52,100 nt of DNA from an uncultured Candidatus Saccharibacteria bacterium (GTDB lineage Bacteria > Patescibacteriota > Saccharimonadia > Saccharimonadales > 2-12-FULL-41-12). The position numbers and the translations under genes were made by a program. The stretch covers positions 1-52,100 of the forward strand of contig CAZYMH010000002.1 of NCBI GenBank assembly GCA_964648105.1, written 5' to 3'. Shown here piece after piece: positions 9,488-24,378 of this stretch (within the stretch, counting starts at the first letter, position 1; each line of letters starts with the position of its first letter). The notes beneath the pieces are model-generated. The model ran no database searches. It was not told the origin of the DNA and worked only from the letters and a program-made list of their open reading frames with translations.

Positions 9488-12400
9488 CTACCTGCCCGTC
9501 GTTACAAAGCTTAAGGTTGATACGTAGGCATTGGCATTACTGTTAGCCTTAAGGTTGATTTTGAATATAACAAAGTTACCTGCACTAGAAGCATTGAAAC
9601 TACAACCAGTTGCTTCATTACCATTTATACCTACAGACTGCCATTGATTTGCAGCAGTTACTACCGTTGTTTCATTGGTACCACATTTGGTAACCGCACT
9701 GCCAGTACTCTTAAACATTTCGTAAGTTACAGCAGCATTAGCAGTACTATCGGTCCTAGCCACTAACTGTACAGTATCATCACTAGAAAAGCCGTTAAAT
9801 GTTGCTGGCAACTGATAGGTTACATATATACTGTAGGCTTGTTGGGTTGCCTGAGGTGATGTCCAACGATAGTAGTTCTTTGCCTGACCAGTGCTGCAGA
9901 GTGTTGAGTTTATCGATAATGCTGCATCGTTAGAGCATAGATCGGCAGTCATAGTACCAACACCTGTGCCATTTAATACAGCACCAGAGTATTCAGGGTT
10001 AAGATTAACGTAGTTATCTGGAGCTGCACCACAAGCACCCCAGCCATCTGCCTCATAGCATTGGATACGACCAGAAGCAGTATCATAGTACATGCTACCT
10101 AGGTAAGCGTCATTATTGGCAGCAATTGGAGCTCCAGCAGAACGATCAAGTGTGAATAGTGTTACAGGTCCACCTTCATTACCTCCACCGATCTGAACAT
10201 TATTCGCATTATTGGTATTAAGAGTAACGGTTAATGCATCAATGTAGATTGTGTTTGATGCACCACTAGACTGAGTAATCCTAACCTGAGCATTGCTTAC
10301 AGCAGTACCAGCAGTAGTAAAGTAGCAACTTATTAAAGTATAGGCACTTGAACTTATAGTTTGAGTGTTATAGTCCAAACAAGGCACACTTGTTGTACCA
10401 TTATCAGGCGTGTAGGCCACTGCAATATTTGCAGAATTAGTACCATCTCCCCTTGCATAAAAAGCTACACGATACTGGGTATTAATCGATGGATTAATAT
10501 TGTTACTAAGCTTGTTGTATACACCACGTCCTGTGGTACCAGCAGTAGCAACCGACACACTACCACTTGTGTCGTATAGTATGGAGGTACTTTGAGTGAC
10601 CGTAGCACCGGATACTGCAGCCCAGTTAAGTGTACCTGCTCCAATATTTGCAGCTATATCTGCACTTCCGTCAGATGCGTGATTAACGCTGGCGTTTACT
10701 GAGATACTTAAGTTATCTATATAATATGTGTGAGCAACTGCATCAGTTTGCCTTATAAATATTGCATTAGCTGTTGTTATGCCACTCGCAGGTGCCGTAA
10801 AGGTACAGTTAATTCGGCTATATACACTAGTGGTCACAGTCTGAGCAGAAGCACAAGAAGTAGTACTAGCATTAGTCCCGTCTCTCGAGTATACAACCTC
10901 TAGAGTTGAAAAGTTGGTGTTACCTCTTATAGTAAATGCAACGTTATATTGTAAGTTAGCCGTTAAGGCAGCACTTAGTGTGTTGGTTACCCCCTGCCCA
11001 GCTGTGGCAGCTGTTACAACTTTGGTAGCGGCCTGACCGGTAGAAAATTCATTTGCTACGGTAGTCTTACTAACCGTTCCCCCTGTAGGAGCAGATGACC
11101 AGCCATTATATGTAGAATTCTCAGAACCACCGTTTACAGCATATTCAGATGCACTATTGTTGACACTTAACAGATTTGAACCAATAGATGACTGTACTTC
11201 GAGTAAAGCACCAGTAATAGGGGCAACTGAGCTATTTCTAATAGTCAATCCATCAGCATTTGGACTCTGTCCGACAAGTAATTCTGCGGCACCAGCACTA
11301 GATAAGGTGTTGTTATAGGCAGCTTGAAGGTCAGTCGAACTCGATGCACCAGCCGCAGTCCAATCAGTACCGTTCCAGATTAGAGTAGCAGTCGAATTTG
11401 CTTTCATATTAATATCAATTGGCGTACGTGTAGCATTAAGCCTCAGGGTAAAATCATTAGAGCCACTCCTTGCACTAACATATAGTACCCGACCAATAGT
11501 CGCCTGATTAGGATCTGGAACCGTTAGTGTTAAGCCGCTAGCCGTTGCCTTAACTGGTAATGAACTATATAGGTCAACATTACCCGCTGTAATAGACGTA
11601 TTAACCGCAAATGACTGTTCACTAGCTGATGAGAAAGCTGTTGTCGACAAGTTCACTAAGCCTTGAGAGCCAGTACCAACACCAGTACCGCCAGCAATTG
11701 TAACCGCTCCACCGTTAGCGTTTCCTGTACCAGCAGCTGCCCCACCCTGGAGGGTTAAGCTACCACCGCTAAACGCCGAGCCTCCTGCTCCAGCACTACC
11801 TGCAATTACGCTTAAGTTATTACCGACTGCGTTGGTGCTTCGTGAATCAACTGATATTGTTCTGTTGGCACCTTCGTATAATTTGATATCACCAACTACG
11901 CCTAATTGTCCTGCAACGCTCGCTCCACCTGTTACTTGCAGTCCATTGCCAATATTTACACCGCCCGACACATCAAGGAATTTAGCAATATTGACTATTT
12001 GCGAACTTATAGTCGAAGAAGCAATACTACCTGTTTCTAATTGCTGAATATATGCACCACCGAGGTCATAAACTTCAAAAGTATTTCCAGTGTAGGAAAC
12101 TGCATAAGCATAGCGTCCTTGAACATCGAAGTCATATACCTCTGTACCAGTGACCACACTGCCCAAATAAACTGGAGCAGCTGGGTTGGCTATGTCAAAT
12201 GTCAGGAGCCGAGAGCCAGTCCTGGTAGTGGCATACAAATATCGACCTTGAATATTTATTTGTTCCACATTGGTACTAGTTGGCATAGAAACTGTAGTTA
12301 CAGCGGTTGGACTGGCAGGATTTTTGATATCGAAAACTCTTATATTAGATGGGTTATTTTGGTCACCAATGTAGGCATACATACCTTCTACGGCTAAGCC

Positions 12401-14716
12401 TCCTGGACTAGTTGTTGTATTTACACTGCCAACCTGTGAAAGGCTAGCTGGGTTACTAACATCAATAATTCTAAAGGTTGTATCGTTTTTGGTAGTTACA
12501 TATAGGTACCGACCAATTAATACACCATCTCTTAAGCCGTCGCCAGTAGTAAAGTTAGAACCAACTTTTTTCGGTATGACTGGATTAGTTATGTCATATA
12601 CTGCAACAGATCCTGCACCTGGGTTAGCACCAAAGTTAAGTACATAAGCATAATTGCCGCCAATAATTATTCTATTAGGGTTTGTACCTACGGATGTACC
12701 ACTGTTATAAACACTTGAGATACTATTTACATTAGATATATCTAACACTTGCAGGCTGTCTGTACCGTAATTAGCCACATAAGCGTATTTACCTCTTATG
12801 GCTATATCCTCAGGCGATGACAATAATACACCTGATGTAGCTACAAGTATTGGGTTAGTTGGCCGACTTATGTCATAAACTTTTAAGGTGTTGGCGTCAT
12901 ACGATGCTACATATGCATAATTATTTTGTACAGATATACTCTCGACGCCAGCTTGTGATGTAAGTGTAGCCACGGCTGCACTTGGCAATGTGCCGCTAAC
13001 GTATAGCTGAGATGTTGGTGTACCAACTCCTGAAGCACCAATTACTATTCGTTTATTAGTAGTATCGGCGGTTAGGATGTTAGCTCCTCCAGTATCTTGG
13101 ACTCGTAAGGCAGTTGTCGAATCTGTTTGATTACGAAAAGTGGTCGCTCCACCGTCAGCGATGCTCATTACATCTTGAGGTGTACCGCTTGAATCAGTAA
13201 TTTTTAGCAATGTATCATTAGCAGAAGAATTTATTTGCAACCTCGCAGTTGGTACGGCAGTGGTGCCAATACCGATGCTACCGCCGCCAGCAGCACTACC
13301 TAATATAAGATTAACGTTTTGTGTTGCATCCCATACACCTGTGCCAACAGCTGTAACGTTACCAAGTCTTACAGTGTTATCATTCAATCCACCTAATTGA
13401 CCAAGTCCATAAAATCCAACCGAATTCCACTTACTAACAAAGTTAGCAGCCGTAGTGGTACAACTACTACAATCTACTATGTAAGCAGAAGCACCAGTCG
13501 CACCCCGAGATGCTATTTTGCCATTTACATCAAGTTCATAGCTAGGAACTGCGGTATTTATACCTACTCTATTGTTAGCAGTATCAACATTTAATACTGT
13601 GGTTGTTCCTGCGGCATTTTGCACCTGGAAGGCAGAAGTTGAGTTAGCAGAGTTTTTAAATAATGTTGCTCCACCAGCGGCAATGGTAGCTTGCACATTA
13701 TTATTAGTTTCAAATTGCAAAGCAAAATTATCGTTGCTTCCGATTACGACTGGTGTACCAAGCGTATTTCCGTCTTGCACAATATCACCTGTACCACTAC
13801 AGCTGCCCCAGATTGGAGCTCCAGCTGTAACACCCTTGAAACATTGTCCACTTGTACCAGCAGCAGTTGTAACGATATTGCCACTACCATCTCTATAATA
13901 TATGCCGTAGTTTGTACCACCTGCTATACTGATGTTGCCTGCCAAAGAAGTTAGTACTCCTGTATGTCCAATCGATATACCTGATGTGGTGGCTGTACCT
14001 ATACTTATAGTGCCAGCGGTGCCAGTTGCCGTACCGACATCTACTATAAGATTACCTGAGTTAGAAGTAGCACCAGTGGCATTACCAGTCTGAATTGTTA
14101 CGTTACTACTATTTGTTGAAGCTGTAGAAGTGTTCGAGCTAGAAACTCCTAATGCACTACCTGCTCTAAAGGCATATGGTACACCAGTTAATTTAGTTCT
14201 CAAGTTTCCAGGGGCTAGCATTTCACCATCATATGTTGGTGTAGCTGTTTGGGTAGATCCACCAACATTCATTGTCATCCATAGTTCTTGGTCCCAATTA
14301 ATTGTGCTAGGAAAGGCATTTTGAGAACCTAAGCTTACACTGAAGTATCCGTTTACTACTCTTACTCGATTATCGTTGCCAGCAGTTACACCGTTAGAGT
14401 CGTAATAACTTTCAGTCCAAAGGTTTGTACCAGCATTAGCCTGGCCAACTCCTGCACCACCGCCACTTGTTCCACCGTCGTAGAGTTTAAACTGAAGGTT
14501 GTAATAACCATCTGGTACGGTAGATCCGTTAGAGTTATAGATTCTGGCTTGGAAGTTAAGATTTGAAGAAGTAGCTGCTTCAACTCTCTGAGGTGAACTA
14601 AAGTTTTTGAACCAAATTCCAGTTAAGCTTATAAACATAAAAAAGCCCACCATTAGTGTGTAATGGATATGGGCAATACGGGGGCCAAAGATAGTTTTAT
14701 GTTTTTGCGGAAACAT
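9488..14716 (-). CDS. Giant surface protein (1742 aa) with tail-fibre-like beta-helical repeats, a 7-blade LVIVD-type beta-propeller and tandem CBM4_9-like jelly-roll modules
   Basis: Uninterrupted 5.2-kb ORF with an N-terminal TM/signal (YTLMVGFFMFISLTGIWF). Seven repeats fit the form YAYVxxxxxxxLxVxDIsNPxxP, for example YAYVASYDANTLKVYDISRPTNP. Two similar modules are present (LQYNVAFTIRG...YYIDNLSIS and TQYRVAFYARG...IYIDALTVT). NRVGINTAVPSYELDVNG-type motifs also occur. Confidence 0.85.
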   Translation of the reverse strand: MFPQKHKTIFGPRIAHIHYTLMVGFFMFISLTGIWFKNFSSPQRVEAATSSNLNFQARIYNSNGSTVPDGYYNLQFKLYDGGTSGGGAGVGQANAGTNLWTESYYDSNGVTAGNDNRVRVVNGYFSVSLGSQNAFPSTINWDQELWMTMNVGGSTQTATPTYDGEMLAPGNLRTKLTGVPYAFRAGSALGVSSSNTSTASTNSSNVTIQTGNATGATSNSGNLIVDVGTATGTAGTISIGTATTSGISIGHTGVLTSLAGNISIAGGTNYGIYYRDGSGNIVTTAAGTSGQCFKGVTAGAPIWGSCSGTGDIVQDGNTLGTPVVIGSNDNFALQFETNNNVQATIAAGGATLFKNSANSTSAFQVQNAAGTTTVLNVDTANNRVGINTAVPSYELDVNGKIASRGATGASAYIVDCSSCTTTAANFVSKWNSVGFYGLGQLGGLNDNTVRLGNVTAVGTGVWDATQNVNLILGSAAGGGSIGIGTTAVPTARLQINSSANDTLLKITDSSGTPQDVMSIADGGATTFRNQTDSTTALRVQDTGGANILTADTTNKRIVIGASGVGTPTSQLYVSGTLPSAAVATLTSQAGVESISVQNNYAYVASYDANTLKVYDISRPTNPILVATSGVLLSSPEDIAIRGKYAYVANYGTDSLQVLDISNVNSISSVYNSGTSVGTNPNRIIIGGNYAYVLNFGANPGAGSVAVYDITNPVIPKKVGSNFTTGDGLRDGVLIGRYLYVTTKNDTTFRIIDVSNPASLSQVGSVNTTTSPGGLAVEGMYAYIGDQNNPSNIRVFDIKNPASPTAVTTVSMPTSTNVEQINIQGRYLYATTRTGSRLLTFDIANPAAPVYLGSVVTGTEVYDFDVQGRYAYAVSYTGNTFEVYDLGGAYIQQLETGSIASSTISSQIVNIAKFLDVSGGVNIGNGLQVTGGASVAGQLGVVGDIKLYEGANRTISVDSRSTNAVGNNLSVIAGSAGAGGSAFSGGSLTLQGGAAAGTGNANGGAVTIAGGTGVGTGSQGLVNLSTTAFSSASEQSFAVNTSITAGNVDLYSSLPVKATASGLTLTVPDPNQATIGRVLYVSARSGSNDFTLRLNATRTPIDINMKANSTATLIWNGTDWTAAGASSSTDLQAAYNNTLSSAGAAELLVGQSPNADGLTIRNSSVAPITGALLEVQSSIGSNLLSVNNSASEYAVNGGSENSTYNGWSSAPTGGTVSKTTVANEFSTGQAATKVVTAATAGQGVTNTLSAALTANLQYNVAFTIRGNTNFSTLEVVYSRDGTNASTTSCASAQTVTTSVYSRINCTFTAPASGITTANAIFIRQTDAVAHTYYIDNLSISVNASVNHASDGSADIAANIGAGTLNWAAVSGATVTQSTSILYDTSGSVSVATAGTTGRGVYNKLSNNINPSINTQYRVAFYARGDGTNSANIAVAYTPDNGTTSVPCLDYNTQTISSSAYTLISCYFTTAGTAVSNAQVRITQSSGASNTIYIDALTVTLNTNNANNVQIGGGNEGGPVTLFTLDRSAGAPIAANNDAYLGSMYYDTASGRIQCYEADGWGACGAAPDNYVNLNPEYSGAVLNGTGVGTMTADLCSNDAALSINSTLCSTGQAKNYYRWTSPQATQQAYSIYVTYQLPATFNGFSSDDTVQLVARTDSTANAAVTYEMFKSTGSAVTKCGTNETTVVTAANQWQSVGINGNEATGCSFNASSAGNFVIFKINLKANSNANAYVSTLSFVTTGR

Positions 14717-14804
14717 TTTGCGGTTTATTTGATTTTTTTGTTTAAGGCTAAATTTGTTTTACTTTTTTTTATTTTTAGTAATTTATTTTTATAACCTTGC
14801 TTAC

Positions 14805-14833
14805 ATTATCCACAATTATTATCTAGAGGTCAA
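14805..14833 (-). promoter_or_regulatory. Predicted promoter of the 1742-aa gene
   Basis: Minus strand reads TTGACC (14828-14833), a 17-nt spacer, then GATAAT (14805-14810). The -10 overlaps a TGTGGATAA 9-mer. Confidence 0.4.
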
Positions 14834-15241
14834 CACTTTTAATACTTTTTTGAGTTAGTTTTTTACTCAATTTTTACATCAAGTTTATATATGAAATTCA
14901 GAAATTGTTTTAAATTTTTGTAGCTTTTATGACAACTATTTTTTTATTTACAGTTTTAAAATTAATATCATTTTGTATTAAGTGAGCATCTAGCTAACAT
15001 ATAATAGTTGTGTTTAGTACATCACATAATTTTTCGAAAAATACTTATCCACAGATTTATAATATTTTTATTAAAAAAATATTGAATTTTGTATAAAAAT
15101 TTTATAAAAATACCAAAAAATTATTTGCTATTTACTACCTCTATAGAAGCGAATTATAGTAGATTTAATGAGAATTACAGTACTAAACCTAGAATATTAT
15201 TACTAAAGTGTTAGTCCCTAAACTTATGCCTTATTTTTTTA

Positions 15242-15318
15242 TGGTGGGGCTATCTGGACTCGAACCAGAGACCTCGTCATTATCAGTGACGCACTCTAAC
15301 CAGCTGAGCTATAGCCCC
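15242..15318 (-). tRNA. tRNA-Ile (GAT), CCA encoded
   Basis: The reverse complement folds as a cloverleaf: GGGGCTA/TAGCCCC acceptor, anticodon loop CTGATAA, T-loop TTCGAGT, 3' ACCA. Confidence 0.95.
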
Positions 15319-15392
15319 TTCATAAAAAAATAACTTTTAATTTACACTTATACTTTAGCTTTAGTGCCTCATAATATAATGCTTTTGTATCA

Positions 15393-15469
15393 TGGTGGAG
15401 CGACGGGGATTCGAACCCCGGACCCCCTGCTTGCAAAGCAGGTGCTCTAGCCAACTGAGCTATCGCCCC
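15393..15469 (-). tRNA. tRNA-Ala (TGC), CCA encoded
   Basis: The reverse complement reads GGGGCGA...TCGCTCC with a G3:U70 pair, anticodon loop TTTGCAA, T-loop TTCGAAT. Confidence 0.95.
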
Positions 15470-15547
15470 TTATGAACATATAAAATATTTTACCTTATTA
15501 CCACTGTTAACACAATAGAATTATTGGTATTTATTTGATATTAAAAA

Positions 15548-15576
15548 CTTAACTAAGTGCAATCAATCGTCGAATC
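15548..15576 (-). promoter_or_regulatory. 16S trailer arm of the pre-16S processing stem
   Basis: cttaactaagtgcaatcaatcgtcgaatc is complementary, with 2 bulges and 1 mismatch, to 17522-17553 in the 16S leader. This is the classical RNase III-type stem arrangement. Confidence 0.65.
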
Positions 15577-15711
15577 GTATGCTTTAAGAAATGTATCTTG
15601 TCTGCAAGCAGAAAATATAATTACTCACACTTCTTAAAAAAAGAGTAATTATCAAGATCGACCGTAACTCTAAAGTACTCTATAGAGGTACTTCAGGCTT
15701 CGTTTCTCCCT

Positions 15712-17446
<1,735 letters not shown>

Positions 17447-17521
17447 GAATTTGCTCATAGCATCAGATAAATCTGACTTAATTACTATATTAAAACAATT
17501 CAATATCCTGTTATAGCACAG

Positions 17522-17553
17522 GATTGAATCGACGTTGATTTGCACTTAGTTAA
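17522..17553 (-). promoter_or_regulatory. 16S leader arm of the pre-16S processing stem
   Basis: Complementary to 15548-15576 (see that feature). Confidence 0.65.
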
Positions 17554-17624
17554 ATTTTTAACGTTCAAAATAGATCTACCTTTTTTTAGGTCAGCAAGAT
17601 AACACTCGCAAATGATCTCAATTA

Positions 17625-17653
17625 ATTCTACTTATTTTATATCTGTTTGTCAA
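17625..17653 (-). promoter_or_regulatory. Predicted 16S operon promoter
   Basis: Minus strand reads TTGACA (17648-17653), a 17-nt spacer, then TAGAAT (17625-17630), directly downstream of the gyrA stop. Confidence 0.5.
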
Positions 17654-17699
17654 CTATTTATATTGTAATAAACTCTACGACTAGAATATTGACTTTTAT

Positions 17700-20234
17700 T
17701 TACTTAGCTTCTTCAATAATCTCATCTTCGATTTTATCAACCAAAGCTAATGAAACTACTTTGTCCCCATCATTAAGCCTCATGATCCTTACGCCTTGAG
17801 TAGCTCTACCAAGTGCTGGTATATCTTTCATACCAAGTCGAATAGTTTGACCATTGGAAGATATTAATATCACCTCCTGAGAGTCACCATCAAGTCGTTT
17901 TACGCCTATCAAACTACCTGTCTTGCTATTGACCACTGCCGAACGGATTCCGACTCCACCACGAGCGTGCGGTGTAAATTGTGCAACTTTTGTGCGTTTA
18001 CCATATCCTGATTCGCTTATTACAAAAATACTGGCTTCATTTTCAACTACATCCATTCCAATAACCTTGTCATTTAGCCTAAGTCTGATACCCCTCACAC
18101 CTCTAGCCGATCGTCCAGTTGCCCGAACTCCTTTTTCGTGGAATCTTATGGCTTGCCCTTGAGATGTGGAAATAATAACTTCATCATCACCAGAAGTTAA
18201 GCGAATCCACTTTAATTCATCACCATCGTCTAAATTAATAGTAATTAGGCCAGAACTACGCACATTTTTATATTGCTCAAAAGGCGTCTTCTTCACTACA
18301 CCTTTGACCGTACACATTATTAAGTTTTCTGCTTTTGTCTGCTTACTAATATTTATCACTGAACTCACAGTTTCTTCTGGCTGCAGCTGAAGTAAGTTTA
18401 CAATTGCTAGTCCTTTAGCACTTAAGTTTGTAGCAGGGACTTCGTAAGTTTTTATTCTGAAGACTCTACCTTTATTTGTGAAGAACAATAAATAGTCATG
18501 TGTAGACGCATTAACAACATGTTCAATGACATCTTCTTCACGAGTAACCATGCCACGCTTTCCTTTGCCACCGCGATTTTGCCTCTTATAATCGACGACT
18601 GGGCTACGTTTTATGTAGTTGGCTGATGTAAGTGTAACAACAACTTGTTCATCTGGCACAAGGTCCTCATCATTCATTTTGCCCAGTTCAGTTGCTACAA
18701 CTTTCGTACGTCTTTCATCTCCATATTGCTTTTTGATATCCAATAATTCTTGTCGGATAATGGCTAGTATTTTCTTTTCGCTAGCAAGAATTGCTTCGAG
18801 TTTAGCAATTATTTTCATTAATTCTAGCAACTCATCTTCGATTTTTTTACGTTCAAGCCCCGCCAATGTACGTAGTTGCATAGCCAAAATTGCTTTAGCC
18901 TGTATCTCACTTAGTTTAAACTTCTTAATTAAATTATCTTGTGCTTCATCGGTAGTTGCACTAGATCTAATAGTACTAATTACTTCATCGATATTATCTA
19001 GAGCAATTTTCAGGCCCTCCAACACGTGAGCTCTGGCTTTGGCTTTCTTGAGTTCGAATTCTGTCCGACGACGGACCACCACTTGTCTGTGTTTAATATG
19101 CTCGCTCAATATATCAGCTAATCCCAAGACTTTTGGTTGAATTCCATCGACAAGTGCCATCATATTAAAATGAAAGCTTGATTGAAGAGGCGTTAACTTA
19201 TACAGCTGATTTAAAATCTTCTTAGGAAAAGCATCTTTCTTAAGCTCGACAACAATTCGCACCATACCTCTGGCACTCTCATCTCTCAAATCACTAATAC
19301 CAGTTATTTTTTTGTCTTTGACTAATTCGGCAATTTTTAATATCAGGCTCTCTTTATTGAGTGAGTATGGAATTTCGGTAATAATGATTTTTTGACGACT
19401 ATTTTTATTATCTTCTACTGTCGCAACACCTCTGTTTACAACGCCACCGCGACCAGTTGCATAGGCAGTTCTTATCGATTCTTTGCCGTAAATTATGCCG
19501 CCAGTTGGAAAATCAGGACCTTTTACGTACTCCATAAGATCATCGAGCGTAGCTTCAGGATTATCAATCAATGCTACTTCGGCATCGATCAATTCACTAA
19601 TATTATGTGGCGGTATGTTAGTAGCCATTCCAACTGCAATACCTAGCTGACCGTTTAGCAATAAATTGGGTAGCTTGGCTGGTAAAACAGTTGGTTCCTG
19701 CAAACGACCATCATAGTTCTCTCTAAAATCAACTGTTTCTTTATCGATATCAGCTAATATCTCATCAGCTAAACGTTCCATTTTTGCCTCTGTATAACGC
19801 ATAGCAGCTGGTGGATCGCCGTCCATACTACCAAAGTTACCTTGTCCATTTACTAACATATATCGCATTGCCCAAGGCTGAGCCATTCGTACCATTGAGT
19901 CATAAATTGATGCATCACCATGAGGGTGATAGTCACCCATCACAGCACCTACTACTGTGGCACTCTTACGGAATTTAGCACTACTACGTAAACCGTCACG
20001 ACTCATAGTAAATAATATTCGTCTATGCACAGGCTTAAGACCGTCTCTCACGTCTGGTAAGGCACGATCTATAATCACACTCATCGAATAGCGTAAATAG
20101 CTATCTTCCATCACGTCTTCGACTGTTCTTAGTTCAACACTGCGTGAATGGCCAGTGTCACCACTTATCTCTACCACCGGAGCTGATGACTCATTTTCGT
20201 TTATAGCTTCATTATCTAATGTATCGTCTTGCAT
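17700..20234 (-). CDS. gyrA: DNA gyrase subunit A
   Basis: [17 protein letters not shown] and AMRYTEAKM (catalytic Tyr region), plus C-terminal beta-pinwheel repeats. It directly follows gyrB. Confidence 0.97.
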   Translation of the reverse strand: MQDDTLDNEAINENESSAPVVEISGDTGHSRSVELRTVEDVMEDSYLRYSMSVIIDRALPDVRDGLKPVHRRILFTMSRDGLRSSAKFRKSATVVGAVMGDYHPHGDASIYDSMVRMAQPWAMRYMLVNGQGNFGSMDGDPPAAMRYTEAKMERLADEILADIDKETVDFRENYDGRLQEPTVLPAKLPNLLLNGQLGIAVGMATNIPPHNISELIDAEVALIDNPEATLDDLMEYVKGPDFPTGGIIYGKESIRTAYATGRGGVVNRGVATVEDNKNSRQKIIITEIPYSLNKESLILKIAELVKDKKITGISDLRDESARGMVRIVVELKKDAFPKKILNQLYKLTPLQSSFHFNMMALVDGIQPKVLGLADILSEHIKHRQVVVRRRTEFELKKAKARAHVLEGLKIALDNIDEVISTIRSSATTDEAQDNLIKKFKLSEIQAKAILAMQLRTLAGLERKKIEDELLELMKIIAKLEAILASEKKILAIIRQELLDIKKQYGDERRTKVVATELGKMNDEDLVPDEQVVVTLTSANYIKRSPVVDYKRQNRGGKGKRGMVTREEDVIEHVVNASTHDYLLFFTNKGRVFRIKTYEVPATNLSAKGLAIVNLLQLQPEETVSSVINISKQTKAENLIMCTVKGVVKKTPFEQYKNVRSSGLITINLDDGDELKWIRLTSGDDEVIISTSQGQAIRFHEKGVRATGRSARGVRGIRLRLNDKVIGMDVVENEASIFVISESGYGKRTKVAQFTPHARGGVGIRSAVVNSKTGSLIGVKRLDGDSQEVILISSNGQTIRLGMKDIPALGRATQGVRIMRLNDGDKVVSLALVDKIEDEIIEEAK

Positions 20235-20235
20235 A

Positions 20236-22242
<2,007 letters not shown>

Positions 22243-22436
22243 CTACTAGATATACAGTAACATGCTTTTGGTGTGCATAATTTACTCTTATACTATTTTA
22301 GCAAAAACACCTAAAAATATCAATTATTTACACCCTTTAAATACGCTTATTTTTTATCATAATTTAGTACTTGCATGAACACATAAAAGCATGATTAAAT
22401 AAGTATATAAATTAATCAAATAAAAAGATAAAAATT

Positions 22437-24377
22437 ATGTTCAATAAAGTCATCAATAACTTAAATAGTCACCCAAGTAGCTTTAGCCAGTTTAACTTTT
22501 ATGTTAATCGGCTGAAAAAAGAAAAATCGATTAGAACAATCGGTATTGTCTTCATTATCCTATCAATGCTAGTCCAAATATTTGCTACTATGATCCCTAC
22601 AGAAAGATCTCTAGCTGCCTCAGCCAATGACATAATTGCTGGTGGAGTTAGCACAAAAGCCCAATTAACAAGCATTTGTCGAAGCAATGCCCAAATTCGA
22701 GCAATTTATGCTCGTTTTGATATTTCTTGTGATCATATAGCTAGCGGTACTACAACTGAAACTACTATAAATTCTTCTGCTTATAACTTCTGGAGTATAG
22801 GAAGAACACCACTAAGTAGTAATGGAATAAGTAGTGATGACTGGGGCGAAGTAAGGCTTACTGCTGGAGGAGTTAATGTCTATCAACGTCCACTTAAAGC
22901 ATGGGGAAATGTTTCTTACAAAGCCTTCAATATTAAAGCTAATGGTAAGAATTATTGGATAATTAAAGATTGTGGCAATTTGGTGACAATAGGTCCTTAC
23001 TCTCGGGTTCCAGATCTACAAGTTAGAAAAGAACTTGTTAGTTCACCCCAAGTCAAACCAGGCGACACAGTTCATTTCAGAATATATTATCGTAATCCTG
23101 TAGATGAATCTGTAGCAGTTGATTTTCGCTTGAGAGATCTTCTAGATTCTCGCTTACAACTTGTTGGTATGGATGGCAGGAATGCGTATATTGACAGTGA
23201 CCCAGTACAAAATCTGAAAGGCCTTGGTGGTAGTAATGAATTTAGAACGATTAACTTAGTTGCTCGAGTAAAAGACAACACTCCTAATGGCCAAATTTGT
23301 AATGTTGCACGAGTAAGTGCTGACGTCGTCGGTGTAAAAGATTCTAATAAAGTCTGTGTAACAGTTGTCAGGCCAGTAACGCCAACTGTTATTGCTACTA
23401 CCCCAACACCTACTCCACCCAACCCTACACCAAAAGCCATGTGTTTAGTGCCAGGTAAAACCAATCTTCCAGCTGATAGTCCAGAGTGTAAAACAGATAT
23501 TGCCGAAGGTATATGTCTACTAACTACATCTTTTATAGATAATCAAAATAAAGATTTCAAAGTAATAACAAAAGCCTCAGTTGAAGGCAATACTAAAGTT
23601 GCCAAATATACATATAGTGTAGATGGTAACTCAAGTTTAAGTCGTGAAGCGAACACTAGCTCGTTAGAAAATGAGCAAATATATAAAGGACTCGCCAAAG
23701 GTGATCATAAGATTCAAGCTAGCGTATTGTTTACTAATGGTAACCAGTCTGTGAGCAAAACTTGTGTTGCCGAAGTAACCGTTGCCGAAGACGCACAAGT
23801 CTCACTTTCAAAAATGGTTAGCCGTGACGGTACAGATATAAATGGCAAACAAGTAAATACAGGTGATACACTTGTGTTCAAGCTTACAACTAATAATATT
23901 TCGACCAGTACTTATAAAAATTATTCAGGTAGCGACTACTTTGGAGACGTACTTGATTATGCTGATATCGTCGATCCAGGTGAGTTAACTCGTCAAGGCA
24001 TGACCCTTACCGCAGATAAATACATTAAATGGACAGTCGCAAATATCAATGGCAAAGAAAAAGATATCAAAACCATAACTGTAAAAGTAAAACCTATCAC
24101 ACCATCTACAAATCGACCTTCAAATATTTCTAGTGAATACGACTGTGTGATTTCTAACAAATATGGCAATCAAGTAACAATGAGTATAAAATGCCCATTA
24201 GTAAAAAGCGTAGAGAGCTTAAACGGCAAAATGCCCGATACAGGTCCAGGTACAACTGCTGCAATAGGTTTTGTGGTCACAGTATTCGCTGGTTATTTCT
24301 TGGCTCGAGCAAGATTATTAGCTAAAGAATCTGACATAATAAGAAGAATATACCAGCAAACAGCTGGAGGAGTTTAA
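22437..24377 (+). CDS. Cell-surface protein with a DUF11-like repeat domain and an LPXTG-type sorting signal (MPDTG)
   Basis: N-terminal TM/signal. A Pro/Thr linker (PVTPTVIATTPTPTPPNPTP). The C-terminus reads KMPDTG (24231-24245), then a hydrophobic stretch AAIGFVVTVFAGYFL, then the basic residues ARAR. Confidence 0.7.
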   Translation: MFNKVINNLNSHPSSFSQFNFYVNRLKKEKSIRTIGIVFIILSMLVQIFATMIPTERSLAASANDIIAGGVSTKAQLTSICRSNAQIRAIYARFDISCDHIASGTTTETTINSSAYNFWSIGRTPLSSNGISSDDWGEVRLTAGGVNVYQRPLKAWGNVSYKAFNIKANGKNYWIIKDCGNLVTIGPYSRVPDLQVRKELVSSPQVKPGDTVHFRIYYRNPVDESVAVDFRLRDLLDSRLQLVGMDGRNAYIDSDPVQNLKGLGGSNEFRTINLVARVKDNTPNGQICNVARVSADVVGVKDSNKVCVTVVRPVTPTVIATTPTPTPPNPTPKAMCLVPGKTNLPADSPECKTDIAEGICLLTTSFIDNQNKDFKVITKASVEGNTKVAKYTYSVDGNSSLSREANTSSLENEQIYKGLAKGDHKIQASVLFTNGNQSVSKTCVAEVTVAEDAQVSLSKMVSRDGTDINGKQVNTGDTLVFKLTTNNISTSTYKNYSGSDYFGDVLDYADIVDPGELTRQGMTLTADKYIKWTVANINGKEKDIKTITVKVKPITPSTNRPSNISSEYDCVISNKYGNQVTMSIKCPLVKSVESLNGKMPDTGPGTTAAIGFVVTVFAGYFLARARLLAKESDIIRRIYQQTAGGV

Positions 24378-24378
24378 G

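Noticed and set aside
2554-14583. Many 60-136-aa ORFs nested in or antisense to the 262-aa CDS and the two giant genes (for example 2554-2826, 3685-3885, 4293-4580, 5873-6160, 12041-12397, 13572-13954, 14130-14324)
   Set aside because: They overlap long uninterrupted ORFs with clear repeat and domain structure. Their low-complexity translations are typical of shadow frames.
14717-15241. The AT-rich 520-bp gap with two DnaA-box 9-mers considered as oriC
   Set aside because: It has only two boxes. One coincides with the -10 of a good TTGACC-17-GATAAT promoter. No dnaA or dnaN is nearby, and no skew computation was possible. It is kept only as part of the motif finding.
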